From: Bacteroidota bacterium
GTDB lineage: Bacteria; Bacteroidota; Bacteroidia; Bacteroidales; JAADGE01
Reading direction: 5' to 3'
Assembly: GCA_034659855.1 (NCBI GenBank)
Contig: JAYEIA010000053.1
Span: forward strand, 1-40,565
DNA length: 40,565 nucleotides
Shown: positions 38,992-40,565 of the stretch, one piece after another
Numbering within the stretch: the stretch's first letter is position 1
Layout: every line of letters begins with the position of its first letter
The notes under the pieces: generated by a model
Databases searched by the model: none
Told to the model about the DNA's origin: nothing
Seen by the model: only the letters and a program-made list of their open reading frames with translations
Made by a program: the position numbers and the translations under genes

Positions 38992-39343
38992 TATGGGCTT
39001 AGAAAACACCCTTATCGTCATTTTTACGATTTTGTGACCGGACCAAACAGACCATAAGAATAGGTCTGAAAGTTTTACTTTTCGGCCGGTTGCCGGTTAT
39101 GGATTGTTTGTAGTTTGATTGTTTATTAACCTCAATTATTCATAAACTTTCAATAGAAAGCAGTATAAAATATTGATTGAATTGACATTGTAACTATTAA
39201 TTAAAAAAATAAAATAGCTCAAATTTGGCTATCATCATTTTTTGCAGAAAAACAATCAATAGGTTAATATACAAATGCTTTCATTGAGGTTATTATTAAT
39301 TCCCGAATTATTCGGGTTAAAAGTAATTTAAAGATTTTTACCA

Positions 39344-40351
39344 ATGAAAAGTATATTTATAGCCTATCCGTCTCAGGATAAAAGTTTGGCAAAAAAATTA
39401 TCCTCTAAGTTGGAAGGCAAAGGGTATTCTTGTAAAATACTACCCAGAGACCATACTGACAGTGCCGGTAATGATGTTGAGCTTGAAGATATTATTGCCG
39501 ATTGCAGTATATTTCTTATGCTGTATTCTGATTTTGCTCAACAATCCGATAAATTGGCCGAACAACTTCATTGGGCCTATGATTACGGCTTAAAAATTAT
39601 TCCTTTTAAAACAGCAAAGCTTACAAATTCTCTCAGTTCCGGATTTTTATTGCATAAATATGAATGGCTGGATGCCTTCGGAGATGGGTTTGATTCGGCC
39701 TATGAAGTTCTGCTTGAGATTATACAGGAAGTTAATGACGGAAAATCTCCCGAGCGCATGATAAAACAAAAAATAAGCAAAAAAGAGTCTGTAGCTCCTC
39801 CAAATCAAAAGAAATATATTCTAATTGGGATTTTTATTTTAGCGGTGGCCTTGATAGTTTATGCGATATCAGAAAACTTTAGCAATAACAAAACGAATAC
39901 AGAATCTTCAACAAATACCGGTCAATTTACAGACCCTGCCGGAAACAGCCGAACAGATTTTACCGATAACGCTGATATTACAACCGTAAAAAAAGGTTCA
40001 AGATGGCTTGTGGGCGAGTGGGTGGTTTCTGATTATTTCGATGACCAAAAAGTTTCAGCGGGTGATAAGCAGATGATCAAAGATGCCATCGTAGGAAAAG
40101 GGAAATTAATTTTTAATGCCGATAAGCAGTTCTTTCGTATGGGCTTTGCACCACAAGTGCAACAAGCCGACTGGTCTTTTGATGCCATTAGAAGTACTAT
40201 TGTTTTGGAAGTTAACAATACTGTTCAGGAAATGAAATTGTCGCAGTATAACGATTCGGCTTTTGTGATGTTGACTACTGAACAAGTAACTGATTCGCTC
40301 GGAACGGTAAGCCCGGTTACTACCAAAATTGTATTTTCTAAGGTTAAATGA
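39344..40351 (+). CDS. TIR-domain (N-terminal, cytoplasmic) - single TM - C-terminal lipocalin-like domain protein
   Basis: 335 aa. The N-terminus MKSIFIAYPSQDKSLAKKL...GYSC..LPRD...CSIFLMLYS...LAEQLHWA...GLKIIPF matches the bacterial TIR_2 pattern (FISYS..D at the start, an alphaC Glu candidate, IIP strand). A TM helix (YILIGIFILAVALIVYAI) is followed by an S/T/N-rich linker. The C-terminal region (WLVGEWVV...) resembles the lipocalin-like domain of the upstream lipoprotein. Confidence 0.6.
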   Translation: MKSIFIAYPSQDKSLAKKLSSKLEGKGYSCKILPRDHTDSAGNDVELEDIIADCSIFLMLYSDFAQQSDKLAEQLHWAYDYGLKIIPFKTAKLTNSLSSGFLLHKYEWLDAFGDGFDSAYEVLLEIIQEVNDGKSPERMIKQKISKKESVAPPNQKKYILIGIFILAVALIVYAISENFSNNKTNTESSTNTGQFTDPAGNSRTDFTDNADITTVKKGSRWLVGEWVVSDYFDDQKVSAGDKQMIKDAIVGKGKLIFNADKQFFRMGFAPQVQQADWSFDAIRSTIVLEVNNTVQEMKLSQYNDSAFVMLTTEQVTDSLGTVSPVTTKIVFSKVK

Positions 40352-40565
40352 GTTCAGTTTAAAAAGTTATTAAGTTGAGAGTTTATAAAGTTAAAGTGCT
40401 AAAAATAAGAGTTTTAAGTTAGCAAAAAAATAATTCATAAAACTCTGATAATTAGGCATATAGCTTGTTTTGCTGAAATAAAACATACTTTTTAGACCAG
40501 ACTCTTAAATAAATACAAAAAAATAAGGACAAAGCATATTTTAAGTGCTTGTTACAAAATAAAGT

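Noticed and set aside
1-40565. CRISPR arrays, IS elements, transposases, integrases and rRNA genes.
   Set aside because: No regularly spaced short direct repeats were found. No DDE, tyrosine- or serine-recombinase-like ORFs are present, and there are no rRNA-like conserved stretches.

Overview
This 40.6-kb window reads as a Bacteroidota chromosome segment. It is AT-rich, carries Bacteroidetes-type TAnnTTTG promoter motifs, encodes DUF4476 and DUF1573 proteins, and has the ZapA-RNase Y gene order. Most of it is housekeeping and densely packed: rseP / dxr / M23 peptidase, queE, accA, ispE, the AMMECR1 - radical-SAM - MEMO1 triad (AmmeMemoRadiSam), an NfeD-flotillin pair, a glmM-like mutase with a HAD phosphatase, an M48 peptidase with a CYTH protein, a TolC-family protein, tRNA-Pro(CGG), a glutamine amidotransferase, ZapB-like / ZapA / rny, a sugar N-acetyltransferase, an FGE-sulfatase-domain protein, a DUF3380-like muramidase and a zinc-ribbon methyltransferase. 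Two stretches look accessory. The first (19.6-26.3 kb) holds a roughly 350-bp tandem palindromic repeat with stem-loops, two secreted vWA proteins (one VIT-vWA), an ORF-free AT-rich gap of about 1.1 kb with a perfect 16-bp palindrome, and a COG1373/DUF4143 ATPase. The second (36.1-40.6 kb) holds a 128-bp segment flanked by a perfect 15-bp inverted repeat upstream of the methyltransferase (a candidate invertible promoter or MITE), three small secreted proteins, a lipocalin-like lipoprotein, and a protein with an N-terminal TIR domain, one transmembrane helix and a C-terminal lipocalin-like domain. I rate the TIR-TM-lipocalin protein the most novel candidate. A 67-aa secreted mini-protein (signal peptide, hexaproline, sorting-signal-like tail) is also notable. 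No transposase, integrase or CRISPR array is seen. All calls rest on motif and domain recognition in the translated ORFs and on manual repeat inspection; no database search was possible.
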